The notes under the pieces: model-generated
Told to the model about the DNA's origin: nothing
Seen by the model: only the letters and a program-made list of their open reading frames with translations
Database searches by the model: none
Shown here: positions 33,552 to 45,373 of the stretch, piece after piece
How the letters are laid out: every line of letters starts with the position of its first letter
How positions within the stretch are numbered: the stretch's first letter is position 1
Translations under genes and position numbers: made by a program
DNA from: an uncultured Candidatus Pelagibacter sp.
Lineage (GTDB): Bacteria > Pseudomonadota > Alphaproteobacteria > Pelagibacterales > Pelagibacteraceae
NCBI GenBank assembly: GCA_943789075.1
Contig: CALSSS010000002.1
Coordinates: 129,845-193,844 of the forward strand
Direction: 5' to 3'
DNA length: 64,000 bases

Positions 33552-34466
33552 TTAACTTTTAGCAACTTTTAAGTCACTTTGAATTTGTTTTTTTAATTGA
33601 TCAACTTTTTTGAACTTTTTTTCTTTTCTTATAAATTTTGTGAACTCCACTGATAAGTGCTTATTATAAAGATTTCCAGAAAAATTAAAAATATGAACTT
33701 CTAATAATATTTTTTTTTGGTTAAAAGTTGGCCTATATCCAAGATTAGCTATAGCTTTAAGAGATTTATTTGAATTTTTTTGCTTCACATTAACCGCATA
33801 AACCCCCGGCATTGAAATGACATAATCTTTTATATCTATGTTGCATGTTGGAAATCCAATTTTTTTTCCTTGTTGTCTTCCTTTTTGAACTATTCCTTCA
33901 ATTGACCAATTTCTACTTAAAAACTTGTTAGCTTTTTTTAAATCTCCTTTTTCTAAAAGAGATCGAATATAGGTTGATGAGATAACTTTTTTATTTAAAA
34001 TTAATGGTTGAGGTTTGACTATTTTGTAGTGATATTTTTTTTCATTTTTTATTAGTTGCTTTACGTTACCCTCTCTTTTATTGCCAAACCTAAAGTTATC
34101 ACTTACGAATATATATTTTGCTTTCAATTTTTTTGACAAAATTTCTTTTATAAAAAAATCAGATTTTATTAATGAAAATTTTTTATCAAATTTTTTAGTT
34201 ATAATAAAATCTACTCCTAGATTTTCTAAAATTATATTTTTTTGATTTATGTTTGAAATTCTAAAATTTTTAAAACCTTTATTAAAAAACATTTTGGGCA
34301 TTGGCTCAAAAGTTAAAACCCCAATTTTTAAATTAAATTTTTTTTTATAATTATTAGCTTGTTTAAATAATTTTTGATGTCCCATATGAACTCCATCAAA
34401 ATTTCCAATCAAAATGATTGAATTTTTATGATTATTAGAAACATTAAAATTTTTATATAGCTTCAT
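33552..34466 (-). CDS. ribF: Bifunctional riboflavin kinase/FAD synthetase
   Basis: GNFDGVHMGHQ, ISSTYIR, GFPTCN, LEVH; ribF-ileS-lspA order. Confidence 0.96.
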   Translation of the reverse strand: MKLYKNFNVSNNHKNSIILIGNFDGVHMGHQKLFKQANNYKKKFNLKIGVLTFEPMPKMFFNKGFKNFRISNINQKNIILENLGVDFIITKKFDKKFSLIKSDFFIKEILSKKLKAKYIFVSDNFRFGNKREGNVKQLIKNEKKYHYKIVKPQPLILNKKVISSTYIRSLLEKGDLKKANKFLSRNWSIEGIVQKGRQQGKKIGFPTCNIDIKDYVISMPGVYAVNVKQKNSNKSLKAIANLGYRPTFNQKKILLEVHIFNFSGNLYNKHLSVEFTKFIRKEKKFKKVDQLKKQIQSDLKVAKS

Positions 34467-34469
34467 ATT

Positions 34470-35288
34470 TTACCATTTTAATTCTGTTTGGATGAAGTTT
34501 ACAATAACCTCATATTTCTTTGAAACCAAATCTATACCTTCTTTTTTAATTTCATCTTTATGAATACCATTTGCTATAATTAAAGAATCATAATTTAAAA
34601 GATTTGCACCTTTAATATCAGTATTTAAATTATCACCGATTGATAATACTTTTTTTCCCTGATTGTTAATTGCTTGATTATATACCTCAGGAAATGGTTT
34701 TCCAAAATATATAACCTCACCACCCAATTTTTCAAAAACTAATGCTACTGATCCTGCACACAATTCTCTTTTGTGACCTCTATCTACAATCAAGTCAGGA
34801 TTTGTGCATATCATTTTTTTATTAATCTGATCTTTAAATAGTTCTTTATAAAAATTTAAATTATCACCCTGATCTTCAAACAAACCTGTGCAAAGCAAAT
34901 ATTTGCTTTCTTCAATTTCTAATGTCTTATTTTTTTTAAAGTCTAAAAATAAATCAAAATCTCTTGGTGGACCGACATGATAAAACTTATCTTCTAATAA
35001 ATTTTTTTTTAAATAATTTAACGATGCTTCTCCAGATGAATAAACTTTTTTTCTTATTTCTTTATTCATACCCATCTTTTCTAGAAATGAATTTACCGTC
35101 TTATTGGGTCTTGGTGCATTAGTCAAAAGCACGTAATCTTTTTTTGATTTAGTAATTTGCTCTAACGTTTTAACTGCTTCCTTATGAAGGGTGATGCCAT
35201 TATGTACTACGCCCCATAAATCAATATAAAAAATATCATAATTCTCAACAATTGACCTCAATCCCTCTTTATCTAAATTCTTAGCCAT
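34470..35288 (-). CDS. HAD-superfamily IIA hydrolase (TIGR01459-like)
   Basis: DLWGVVHNG, LTNAPRP, CTNPD, GKP, IGDNLNTDIKGA. Confidence 0.88.
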   Translation of the reverse strand: MAKNLDKEGLRSIVENYDIFYIDLWGVVHNGITLHKEAVKTLEQITKSKKDYVLLTNAPRPNKTVNSFLEKMGMNKEIRKKVYSSGEASLNYLKKNLLEDKFYHVGPPRDFDLFLDFKKNKTLEIEESKYLLCTGLFEDQGDNLNFYKELFKDQINKKMICTNPDLIVDRGHKRELCAGSVALVFEKLGGEVIYFGKPFPEVYNQAINNQGKKVLSIGDNLNTDIKGANLLNYDSLIIANGIHKDEIKKEGIDLVSKKYEVIVNFIQTELKW

Positions 35289-35358
35289 AATGGGAGGTAT
35301 AGCTTATTAAAATCACAATTTCTCTCGTTTTTTGACCCACATATTTTTTTAACCAAAC

Positions 35359-35386
35359 CTTGAAATAGTTAGCCTAATAGCTATAT
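35359..35386 (+). promoter_or_regulatory. RpoH (sigma32)-type promoter of groESL
   Basis: CTTG(AA)-N17-GCTATAT, fitting the alphaproteobacterial RpoH consensus CTTG-N17-CYTATNT. Confidence 0.75.
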
Positions 35387-35411
35387 GAGTCGCACAATAA
35401 AAGGAGAATTT

Positions 35412-35702
35412 ATGAAATTTAAACCGTTACACGATAGAGTTCTAATAGAAGTTTTAGACAGCAGTGAAAAAACTGCTGGAGGAATAATTATCCCTGATAC
35501 AGCTCAAGAAAAGCCTCAAGAAGGTAAAGTGATTGCTGTTGGTGGTGGTGCAAAAACTGAAGATGGAAAATTAATTCCAATGGATGTGAAAGTTGGTGAC
35601 AAAGTTCTTTTTGGCAAATGGTCAGGAACTGAAATCAAAATAGATGGCAAAGAATACAGCATAATGAAAGAATCTGACATTATGGGTATTTCGGGAAAAT
35701 AA
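35412..35702 (+). CDS. groES: Co-chaperonin GroES
   Basis: [25 protein letters not shown]; AAGGAG SD before the ATG at 35412. Confidence 0.97.
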   Translation: MKFKPLHDRVLIEVLDSSEKTAGGIIIPDTAQEKPQEGKVIAVGGGAKTEDGKLIPMDVKVGDKVLFGKWSGTEIKIDGKEYSIMKESDIMGISGK

Positions 35703-35711
35703 TTAAATTAA

Positions 35712-37391
<1,680 letters not shown>

Positions 37392-37415
37392 TCCCACTCT
37401 TTCTCAAAAAAATTT

Positions 37416-37449
37416 AAAAAGGCCATCTTTTTAGGTGGCCTTTTTTTTT
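37416..37449 (+). terminator. Rho-independent terminator after groEL
   Basis: AAAAAGGCCATCT-TTTT-AGGTGGCC followed by T9. Confidence 0.88.
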
Positions 37450-37473
37450 ATTAAGCTGTTATAAGATTAAGAT

Positions 37474-37587
37474 ATGTCAAAAAGATACAGCGGAAAATCA
37501 TTTAAAGATTCAAGTACTGCGAAAAAGCCAAAATTAAGCTTGAAAGAGAAAAGAAAACAAAAAAAAGAAAAGACTAAAAAATCTTAA
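37474..37587 (+). CDS. Small highly basic protein (37 aa); not in the supplied ORF track
   Basis: MSKRYSGKSFKDSSTAKKPKLSLKEKRKQKKEKTKKS*; TAAGAT hexamer at -12..-7 of the ATG; fills the gap and ends 2 nt from the helicase stop. Confidence 0.6.
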   Translation: MSKRYSGKSFKDSSTAKKPKLSLKEKRKQKKEKTKKS

Positions 37588-37589
37588 AA

Positions 37590-39230
37590 TTAGGTTCTTT
37601 TTTGACTATGTTTTTTAAAAGTAAAACTTTTAGGTCTATCACTTCTACTTTTAAACTTTTTTTTACCTTTAAAAGTAAAGTCTTTCTTTTTTGTGCTTGA
37701 TCCTAAACTTTCAGATGGTTTTTTTCCAAAATATTTTGGGTTATTTGTAAAACCAGATGGTTTTGACTTGTCACCAAAACTAGATTTTCCTTTGTAACCG
37801 AAACTTTTTTTCTCTCCATCTCTTGATGATCTATCAGGTCTTCCGTAACCAGATGGTTTTGACTTGTCACCAAAACTAGATTTTCCTTTGTAACCGAAAC
37901 TTTTTTTCTCTCCATCTCTTGATGATCTATCAGGTCTTCCGTAACCAGATGGTTTTGACTTGTCACCAAAACTAGATTTTCCTTTGTAACCGAAACTTTT
38001 TTTCTCTCCATCTCTTGATGATCTATCAGGTCTTCCTTTGCTAAAAGATTTTTTTTCATCTCTAAATTTTCTTTTTTTATTGTAAGGAGCTTTTCCTCTT
38101 TTTTTTCCTCTTGAGTCTCCTCTTGCACCACGTGGTGCAGGTTTAAAATTTGGATCAATTAATTTACTAATTTCATTCCACATCGATCTATCATCAGGTG
38201 TTAAAAAAGTTAAAGCAGAACCTTCTGTTCCAGCTCTAGCAGTTCTTCCAATTCTGTGAACGTAATCTTCTGGAACTTGTGGAAGATCAAAATTAATAAC
38301 GTGCTGGATTAAAGGAATATCCAGTCCTCTTGCAGCAACATCAGTTGCTATTAATATTCTTTTAAGACCTTTTCTAAATGAATTAATTACACGGTCTCTT
38401 TTACTTTGACGAAGATCTCCATGAATAGCATCAGCTGAATGACCCTCTTCTTTAAGACGCTTAACCATTTTATCAGCACCTCTTTTAGTTTTAACAAAAA
38501 CTAAAATTGATCCTTTTCTTGCTATAAATTGGTCTACTAGTTGATCGTATTTATTTTCTTTAAAAACCTGAAGAGTTTCTTGCTTAATTTTTGCGATAGG
38601 TACTGATGTTGACCCTGTTGAAATTCTTTCAGGCTTATTTAGATATCTTTCAGAAATTCTAACAATATTCTGAGGTAGTGTTGCAGAAAATAATAAAGTT
38701 TGATGATCTTTTGGAACAAATTTTAAAATTAATTCTATTTGAGGGGTAAAACCCATATCTAACATTCTATCAGTTTCATCTAATACTAGATATTTGGTAG
38801 CTGATAAATTTAAGCTTTTCCTTTTTAAGTGGTCATTAATTCTTCCAGGAGTTCCAACTATTATTCTTGATCTATTACCTAGTTGTCTAAGTTGTTTTTG
38901 CATTGCCTCTCCACCAATAAGTAAAGCAGTTTTAATATTAATTTTATCACTAATAATACTTTTTATTGCAGCCATTACTTGAGTTGCAAGCTCTCTAGTT
39001 GGACACATAACTAATGCAAATGCATTTTTATCTAATATTAATTTATTTATTAGAGGAATACTGAATGCCAATGTTTTTCCAGTTCCTGTTTGGGCTGTTC
39101 CTAAAATATCTTTTCCCTCTAAAGCAACAGGAATTGCCATTGCCTGAATTGGAGTTGGTTTCGTAAACTTCATTTTTTCCAATGAATTCTTTAACGAATC
39201 TTCTATTTTTAATAATTTAAAATTTTCCAT
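37590..39230 (-). CDS. DEAD/DEAH-box RNA helicase with long basic repetitive C-terminal tail
   Basis: PTPIQ, AQTGTGKT, PTRELA, DETD (motif II variant), SAT, ARGLD, HRIGRTAR. Confidence 0.94.
   Translation of the reverse strand: MENFKLLKIEDSLKNSLEKMKFTKPTPIQAMAIPVALEGKDILGTAQTGTGKTLAFSIPLINKLILDKNAFALVMCPTRELATQVMAAIKSIISDKINIKTALLIGGEAMQKQLRQLGNRSRIIVGTPGRINDHLKRKSLNLSATKYLVLDETDRMLDMGFTPQIELILKFVPKDHQTLLFSATLPQNIVRISERYLNKPERISTGSTSVPIAKIKQETLQVFKENKYDQLVDQFIARKGSILVFVKTKRGADKMVKRLKEEGHSADAIHGDLRQSKRDRVINSFRKGLKRILIATDVAARGLDIPLIQHVINFDLPQVPEDYVHRIGRTARAGTEGSALTFLTPDDRSMWNEISKLIDPNFKPAPRGARGDSRGKKRGKAPYNKKRKFRDEKKSFSKGRPDRSSRDGEKKSFGYKGKSSFGDKSKPSGYGRPDRSSRDGEKKSFGYKGKSSFGDKSKPSGYGRPDRSSRDGEKKSFGYKGKSSFGDKSKPSGFTNNPKYFGKKPSESLGSSTKKKDFTFKGKKKFKSRSDRPKSFTFKKHSQKRT
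37751..38036. repeat. Perfect in-frame tandem repeat, about 3 x 96 bp (32 aa unit)
   Basis: Units start at 37751, 37847, 37943; encode GRPDRSSRDGEKKSFGYKGKSSFGDKSKPSG(Y/F). Confidence 0.95.
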
Positions 39231-39425
39231 TTAGGTATTTAGATTTTTTAAAATTTAAGGAGATGTGCTCTTAATCCTTTAATACGTCTAATTTATATAG
39301 GGATATCTATACGTTTTTATAACAATCACAAGAAGTCAATTTTTAGAATAATTAATTTAAGTGAGTAAATATTGATTTTTTTTAAGTTTTCAAATGACTC
39401 AATTAATGTATAAGAGCGTCAAATT

Positions 39426-41253
39426 ATGAGTAACAATATTCGAAACATCACAATTATCGCTCACGTTGACCATGGCAAGACAACTATGATCGACAACTTA
39501 ATGAAGCAAAGTGGTTCATTTAGAGAAAATGAAGTTGTAGATGAAAGGCTGATGGATTCTGGAGAATTAGAAAAAGAAAGAGGAATTACTATTTTAGCTA
39601 AACCTGCTTCTATAGATTGGCAAAACACTAGAGATTAATATTATTGATACTCCGGGTCACAGAGATTTCGCTGCTGAAGTTGAACGTGTTTTAAGTATGG
39701 CTGATGGCGCCTTATTATTAATAGACTCAGCTGAGGGTGTTATGCCTCAAACAAAATTTGTATTAGCTAAAGCTCTTAAGCAAGGTTTAAAGCCAATAGT
39801 TGTAATAAATAAGTTAGATAAAACAGATCAAAGAGCTGATGAAGTTTTAGATGAAACATTTGATTTATTTGTAAGTTTAGATGCAAACGAAGAGCAGTTA
39901 GATTTTCCAGTTATGTATGCAAGTGGTAGATCTGGATGGGCAGATAAAGAAGTAGATGGTCCAAGAGAAAATTTACACCCATTATTAGATCTAATCATAG
40001 AACATGTTAAGCCAGCAGACCTTGATAAAACTAAACCTTTTGCAATGCTATCTACTTTATTATACGCAGATAGTTTTTTAGGTAGAAGTTTGGTTGGTAA
40101 AATATCTCAAGGAACAGCAAAAGCTAACCAACCTATTAAGGCAATAAATCTTAAAGGTGAGAAAGTTGATGAAGGTAGATTAACTAAAATTTTTAGATAT
40201 GAAGGAACAAAAAAAGTACCCATCGAAGTTGGTGAAGCAGGAGATATTGTTGTAATTGCAGGTTTAGAAAAAGCTAACGTAGCGGATACAATTTGTGATC
40301 TTGAAGTAAACGATCCAATTCCAGCAACTCCAATAGATCCTCCAACAATGTCTATTACTATAAGTGTGAATAGTTCACCTTTAGCTGGAACAGAAGGTAA
40401 AAAATTAACAAGTACTCAAATCAGAGATAGACTGGTTACTGAAGCACAAAATAATGTTGGAATTTCTTTTTCCCAGAACAAAAATGTTGATGCCTTTGTA
40501 ATTAGTGGTCGTGGCGAGTTAATGCTTGAAATTCTACTGACACAAATGAGACGTGAGGGTTTTGAAATGACTGTAAGTCCTCCAAAAGTTTTATACCAAA
40601 AAGATGATAATGGTAACAGACTAGAACCAATTGAAGAGATTACTGTTGATGTAGATGAAGAGTTTTCATCAAAGATTATTGACTCCATGAATAGAAGAAA
40701 AGGTAAATTACTTGATCTTAAAGATACAGGAAAAGATAAAAAAAGATTAATCTTTCATGCACCAACAAGAGGCTTGATGGGTTACACAAGTAGATTTTTA
40801 ACTTTAACAAAAGGAACTGGTGTAATTAACAGAATTTTTCATGGTTATGGAAAATTTGAAGGTGAAATGGATGGCAGAAAAAATGGTGCTTTAATTTCAA
40901 TGGCAAACGGAAAAGCTGTTGCGTTTGCAATATTTAACCTTCAGGCAAGAGGTGAAATGTTTGTTACACATAATGACCCTGTTTATGAAGGAATGATTGT
41001 TGGCTTAGCACCAAAACCTGGAGATATGATTATAAATGTCATGAAAGGTAAACAATTAACTAATATGAGAACTCAAGGAACTGACGAAAATGTTGTACTT
41101 ACTCCAGTAAGACAAATGTCAATTGCAGAACAATTAAGTATGTTGAATACCGATGAAGCTTTAGAGATTACCCCAAAATCTCTTAGACTGAGAAAAGCTA
41201 TTCTTAATCCTACAGAGAGAAAAAAGAACGAAAAATCTGGGACACCTCTTTAA
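39426..41253 (+). CDS. typA: Translational GTPase TypA/BipA (frameshift near 39630)
   Basis: [29 protein letters not shown] in the intervening frame, [21 protein letters not shown]. Confidence 0.95.
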
Positions 41254-41900
41254 TTACTAAAAATTTTTCCAACAAGATATAATCCTAAAGCAACCGCAGG
41301 TCCTATTCCAAAAGCAAACAATAAAGTTCCAAGTCCCACTATCCCTCCAAGATACCAACCTACAGACATTACGGTAATTTCAATAGCACCTCTTACTAAT
41401 GCAATTGGTAAATTAGTTTTTTTTTGTAAACCCACCATTAGCCCATCTCTTGGCCCTGCTCCTAAATTTGCAACAAGGTAGATACCACCACCCAACCCAA
41501 CGGTAAGCACAGCAGCAATAGCTAAAAGAACTTGGTTAATATAATTTTCTGGAGTTGGTACAAAATTAATACAAACATCAATCATTAATCCAATAATAAT
41601 CGCATTCAAAATTGTTCCAATTCCAGGTTTCTGTTTTAAAGGTAACCAAAGAAGTAAAACTCCTATGCTTACAAAAATAGTTATTATTCCTGTTGAAAAA
41701 TTAACATTTAATGAAATACCTTGGGCAAGAACACTCCAGGGTGAAGCTCCTGCAAATGATACAATTAATAACCCCTCACCTAAACCGAACAAAATAAGAC
41801 CAAACACTAAAAAAAAAAGTGAGGAAAATTTTGGTTTGAGATTTAAAGGTTTTTCAGAACTCCATGATACTTTAGGAATATTTTTAATATATAAAAACAT
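41250..41900 (-). CDS. YczE/YyaS/YitT family membrane protein
   Basis: GASPWSVLAQG, PGIGTILN, GAGPRDGLM, GLGTLLFAFGIGP. Confidence 0.85.
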   Translation of the reverse strand: MFLYIKNIPKVSWSSEKPLNLKPKFSSLFFLVFGLILFGLGEGLLIVSFAGASPWSVLAQGISLNVNFSTGIITIFVSIGVLLLWLPLKQKPGIGTILNAIIIGLMIDVCINFVPTPENYINQVLLAIAAVLTVGLGGGIYLVANLGAGPRDGLMVGLQKKTNLPIALVRGAIEITVMSVGWYLGGIVGLGTLLFAFGIGPAVALGLYLVGKIFSN

Positions 41901-42332
41901 ACAATAATATTTTATGTATTTTATACTTATCGAATTTACAAGATTATTGTTATCAAAAATTTATTTAGGAGTGTAAGCAACATTATAATGTTTTTTACTC
42001 ATTTTATAAATTAAAGACTTTCTTCAAAAAAAAAAAACTCCTATGCTTACAAAAATAGTTATTATTCCTGTTGAAAAATTAACATTTAATGAAATACCTT
42101 GGGCAAGAACACTCCAGGGTGAAGCTCCTGCAAATGATACAATTAATAACCCCTCACCTAAACCGAACAAAATAAGACCAAACACTAAAAAAAAAAGTGA
42201 GGAAAATTTTGGTTTGAGATTTAAAGGTTTTTCAGAACTCCATGATACTTTAGGAATATTTTTAATATATAAAAACATACAATAATATTTTATGTATTTT
42301 ATACTTATCGAATTTACAAGATTATTGTTATC
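41656..42332. repeat. Exact 299-bp direct duplication (41656-41954 and 42034-42332)
   Basis: Identical sequence at offset 378, with a 79-nt spacer ending in a poly-A run. Confidence 0.93.
42024..42278 (-). pseudogene. Truncated duplicate of the 5' part of the YczE-family gene (likely assembly artifact)
   Basis: Same N-terminal ~80 codons, ending in a poly-T run (VFFF*). Confidence 0.6.
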
Positions 42333-42398
42333 CATAATTAAAGTGTAAAAATTAAATTTTTAACATTTTATAAAAAAGCTCTTAAAATGATGATAAGT

Positions 42399-43077
42399 AT
42401 GCAATATAAGCAAAATATCTAATTTTTTTTATCTTATACTAAATTTTACGCACACACTTCTCATTACAAAGATTTTAAAAAGATAGAGATGGAAATTTTA
42501 AAAGATGGAAAAGTGATTGGGTATAATTATTATTTTTTTGAAAAAGTTGATGACATATTGATAATTAAAAATCAAATTCAATTTAAAGTAAACCTATTTG
42601 GCATTGAAGTTTTTAATCTTGAGGGGTATGGAGTAGAAAAACATAAAGATGATAAACTGATATCATACGAGTCAAAGACTTTACAAAATGATAGAGAGAA
42701 ATTTGTAAATCTTATTTATGATTCTAAATCAGATAAATTCAAAATTAATGGATCATCTTATATTGGTCTTGCAGATACTAAAAATATAATAGGAAATTGG
42801 TGGAACCATCAGATATTACAAGCAGAGTCAGCAAATTAGCCCTATATCAGGCAGTATAAAAGAACAGGTTGTAAATTTTTTAGGTAAAGAAAAAATTGAA
42901 TTATATGGAAGTATAATTGAGGTCGACCACTTTAAATTGACATCAAAAGATATGACCATTCCTAAAGATAAAAGACTAGATTTCGATGTTTGGTACGATA
43001 GAGAAAAAGCAATGATTGTAAAAGTTGCTTATTCAAGACTTGGAAACTGGGAGTATAGATTAAAGAGTTACAAATAA
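42399..43077 (+). CDS. DUF6134-like exported protein (garbled 5' end, frameshift near 42830; start approximate)
   Basis: EILKDGKVIGY...GNWWNHQIL then ISPISGSIKEQ...DVWYD...WEYRLKSYK*. Confidence 0.55.
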
Positions 43078-43083
43078 AATTTA

Positions 43084-44052
43084 TTATTTAATTTTAAGAG
43101 ATAAATCTTTTGCACTTAGCCATCCTGACTCAAGTCTTGATCCAACAAACCAGTCTGCGCATACACCCAATCTTAAAGAACTATTCCAGTAACTTTTTAT
43201 TTTAAGTGGGTTTGAATTAAACGCATACTTCCATCCATGATTTTTTGAATGTAAAATTTTACTTTTTTTAAAACCTGTAAGTTTAAAAAATTTATCTATT
43301 AATATTTTAGAATTTTGTAGTTTATTAATTCTATTATTATTAATGACTTTGTTTGCCCATTTAGGAGTACTTTGAAGAGTCCATAAATCATAATTGCTCT
43401 TAAATCTTTTTTTACTATTTTCATAAGCAGCCCACCCCAGAACTGAGTCTGAGAAAAAATAACTACTGATTTTTGATCCTAAATTTTTAACAACCATCAT
43501 AATTGTTATATTGGCTTCCATTTTAATTTTCTGATTGATAAAAGAATTTTTAATATATTTTTTTGATAATTTTTTTAGTTGAGGAAATGGACATGTTAAA
43601 ATTATTGATTTGTAAAATTTCTTAGAACCATCATTTAAAGTAAGCTGCCAAATATTATTTTTGTGTAAAATATTGGTAACCTCACTATTAAAAAAACAAT
43701 TAATATCTTTTAAGAGGTATTTGCTGATGGCATTATTGCCATTCTTACCAATTATTTTGATATGTTTTTTATTTTCTTTGATATTTTCTTTTAAAAAAAG
43801 ATGTTTACCAGGCCATTTTTTTAAAATTTTTTTTGAAATTAAATTATCTACAAACCTTTTAAATTTGATGTTTTTTGGAGAAATATATTGAGCCCCATGA
43901 TCAAAGCTTTTTTTGAGATTAAATTTTTTATTTGATGCTCTTCCACCAGCACCTCTAGCTTTATCATATACATCTACAATATATTTTTTACTTAGATGAT
44001 TTGCTATTGTTGCGCCTGATATGCCTGAACCAATAACACAAAAATCTTTCAT
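43084..44052 (-). CDS. Renalase-like NAD(P)/FAD-dependent oxidoreductase
   Basis: IGSGISG, DKARGAGGRAS, FDHGAQY, HGWKYA, CADW, ESGWLSA. Confidence 0.85.
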   Translation of the reverse strand: MKDFCVIGSGISGATIANHLSKKYIVDVYDKARGAGGRASNKKFNLKKSFDHGAQYISPKNIKFKRFVDNLISKKILKKWPGKHLFLKENIKENKKHIKIIGKNGNNAISKYLLKDINCFFNSEVTNILHKNNIWQLTLNDGSKKFYKSIILTCPFPQLKKLSKKYIKNSFINQKIKMEANITIMMVVKNLGSKISSYFFSDSVLGWAAYENSKKRFKSNYDLWTLQSTPKWANKVINNNRINKLQNSKILIDKFFKLTGFKKSKILHSKNHGWKYAFNSNPLKIKSYWNSSLRLGVCADWFVGSRLESGWLSAKDLSLKIK

Positions 44053-45368
44053 TTACCGGCAACTACCATACCTTCAATTAATATTGTTGGTGCATTTGTT
44101 GAATATTTAAACTCTAGATCATCTGCTAAAGTAATATTTTTGAATATATCCTTAAAATTTCCTGCAATAGTAATTTCACTAACGGGATATTTAAATATTC
44201 CATCTTCGATCATAAAACCATTTGCACCCACTGAATAATCTCCTGTAACTAAGTTGCTCCCATGACCAATTGTTTCAGTAATATACAATGCTCTTTTATT
44301 AAGTTTTAAAAGCTCTCTGTATGAAACTGAGCCTTTTTCAAAAAATAAATTACTTGTTCCACCAGATCTACCATTAGATTTTAGGTTTAATTTTTTTCCA
44401 TTATAGGTGTCCACTAAATAATGTTTTAAAACACCACAATCAACTAACTTTAATTCTTCAGTTTTAACACCCTCAGAATCAAAATATCTTGAGCCCAATC
44501 CTTTAACAATGTCAGGTTTATCATAAATGTTGATTGAAGATGAAAATATTTCTTCATCAATTTTACCTTTTAAGAAAGATGTGCCTCTTGCAATAGATGA
44601 TGCTGATATAGCATTTGCTAAAACACCTAATATCCCTTTTGAAATTCTTCTATCAAAGATAATGCTAATCTTTTCACTTTCTATTTTTTTTGGATTTAAT
44701 TTCTGTATTGTTTTTTTTGCAGCAACTGATCCAATTTGTTGAGGTCTAATCATATCCTGTAAATGACAAGTGCTTGTAAATTCATAATCTCTTTCCATTT
44801 TGTCATTTGCATCTTTGGCAACAGCAACACATGATGCTGAAAAAGATGAAGATTTATAACCATTTATAAATCCATCACTATTTGCTAATATAAAATTAGA
44901 CTTAGATTCAGTAAAACCTGTTTCAGTATTAATAATTTCTTTTTTTTGAAGTGCTGCTTCTTCAGCTTCTTTTAAATATTCAATTTTTTCATCATTTTCG
45001 ATATGATCGTCATCATATAAGTTTAAGTCATTAATTTTATCAGCCAGCAATTCTTTGTCTGGTAAAGAATTATACTCATCCTCTGGTGTAATTTTTGTTG
45101 TCTCAATGCATCGCTCAATTAAAGTTTCTATATTATCATCATTAAGATTTGATGATGTAATGCTAGATTTTTTTTTTCCAATATAAGTTGTTAAACTTAT
45201 AGCTAAGCTGTCTGACCTATCAGACTCGTCTAACTTTTTATTTCTGTAATTAACTGTCTCTGATATAGAGTGCATAACAGCAGCACTGCTTTCTGTAGCA
45301 CCTAACTTTTTAGCTAAATCAATACAAAATGAAGCTTTTTTTTTTAAATATTCCTGATCTTTTACCAT
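44049..45368 (-). CDS. pmbA: Metalloprotease subunit PmbA/TldE
   Basis: MERDY, FDSEGV, NLVTGDYSVGA, EITIAGN; follows tldD. Confidence 0.92.
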   Translation of the reverse strand: MVKDQEYLKKKASFCIDLAKKLGATESSAAVMHSISETVNYRNKKLDESDRSDSLAISLTTYIGKKKSSITSSNLNDDNIETLIERCIETTKITPEDEYNSLPDKELLADKINDLNLYDDDHIENDEKIEYLKEAEEAALQKKEIINTETGFTESKSNFILANSDGFINGYKSSSFSASCVAVAKDANDKMERDYEFTSTCHLQDMIRPQQIGSVAAKKTIQKLNPKKIESEKISIIFDRRISKGILGVLANAISASSIARGTSFLKGKIDEEIFSSSINIYDKPDIVKGLGSRYFDSEGVKTEELKLVDCGVLKHYLVDTYNGKKLNLKSNGRSGGTSNLFFEKGSVSYRELLKLNKRALYITETIGHGSNLVTGDYSVGANGFMIEDGIFKYPVSEITIAGNFKDIFKNITLADDLEFKYSTNAPTILIEGMVVAGK

Positions 45369-45373
45369 TTATA

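Noticed and set aside
35289-35411. CIRCE element upstream of groES and the 9-aa N-terminal extension from 35385
   Set aside because: No TTAGCACTC-N9-GAGTGCTAA present; the upstream start overlaps the -10 element, while the ATG at 35412 has the SD
37751-38036. Possible CRISPR array
   Set aside because: Units are contiguous with no unique spacers, are in frame within a CDS, and no cas genes are present
37703-38158. 151-aa repetitive ORF in a second frame of the helicase tail
   Set aside because: It stays open only because the 96-bp unit lacks a stop in that frame; no SD or independent support
41656-42332. Insertion sequence or prophage attachment repeats
   Set aside because: No transposase, integrase or terminal inverted repeats; the repeat is a piece of a host gene
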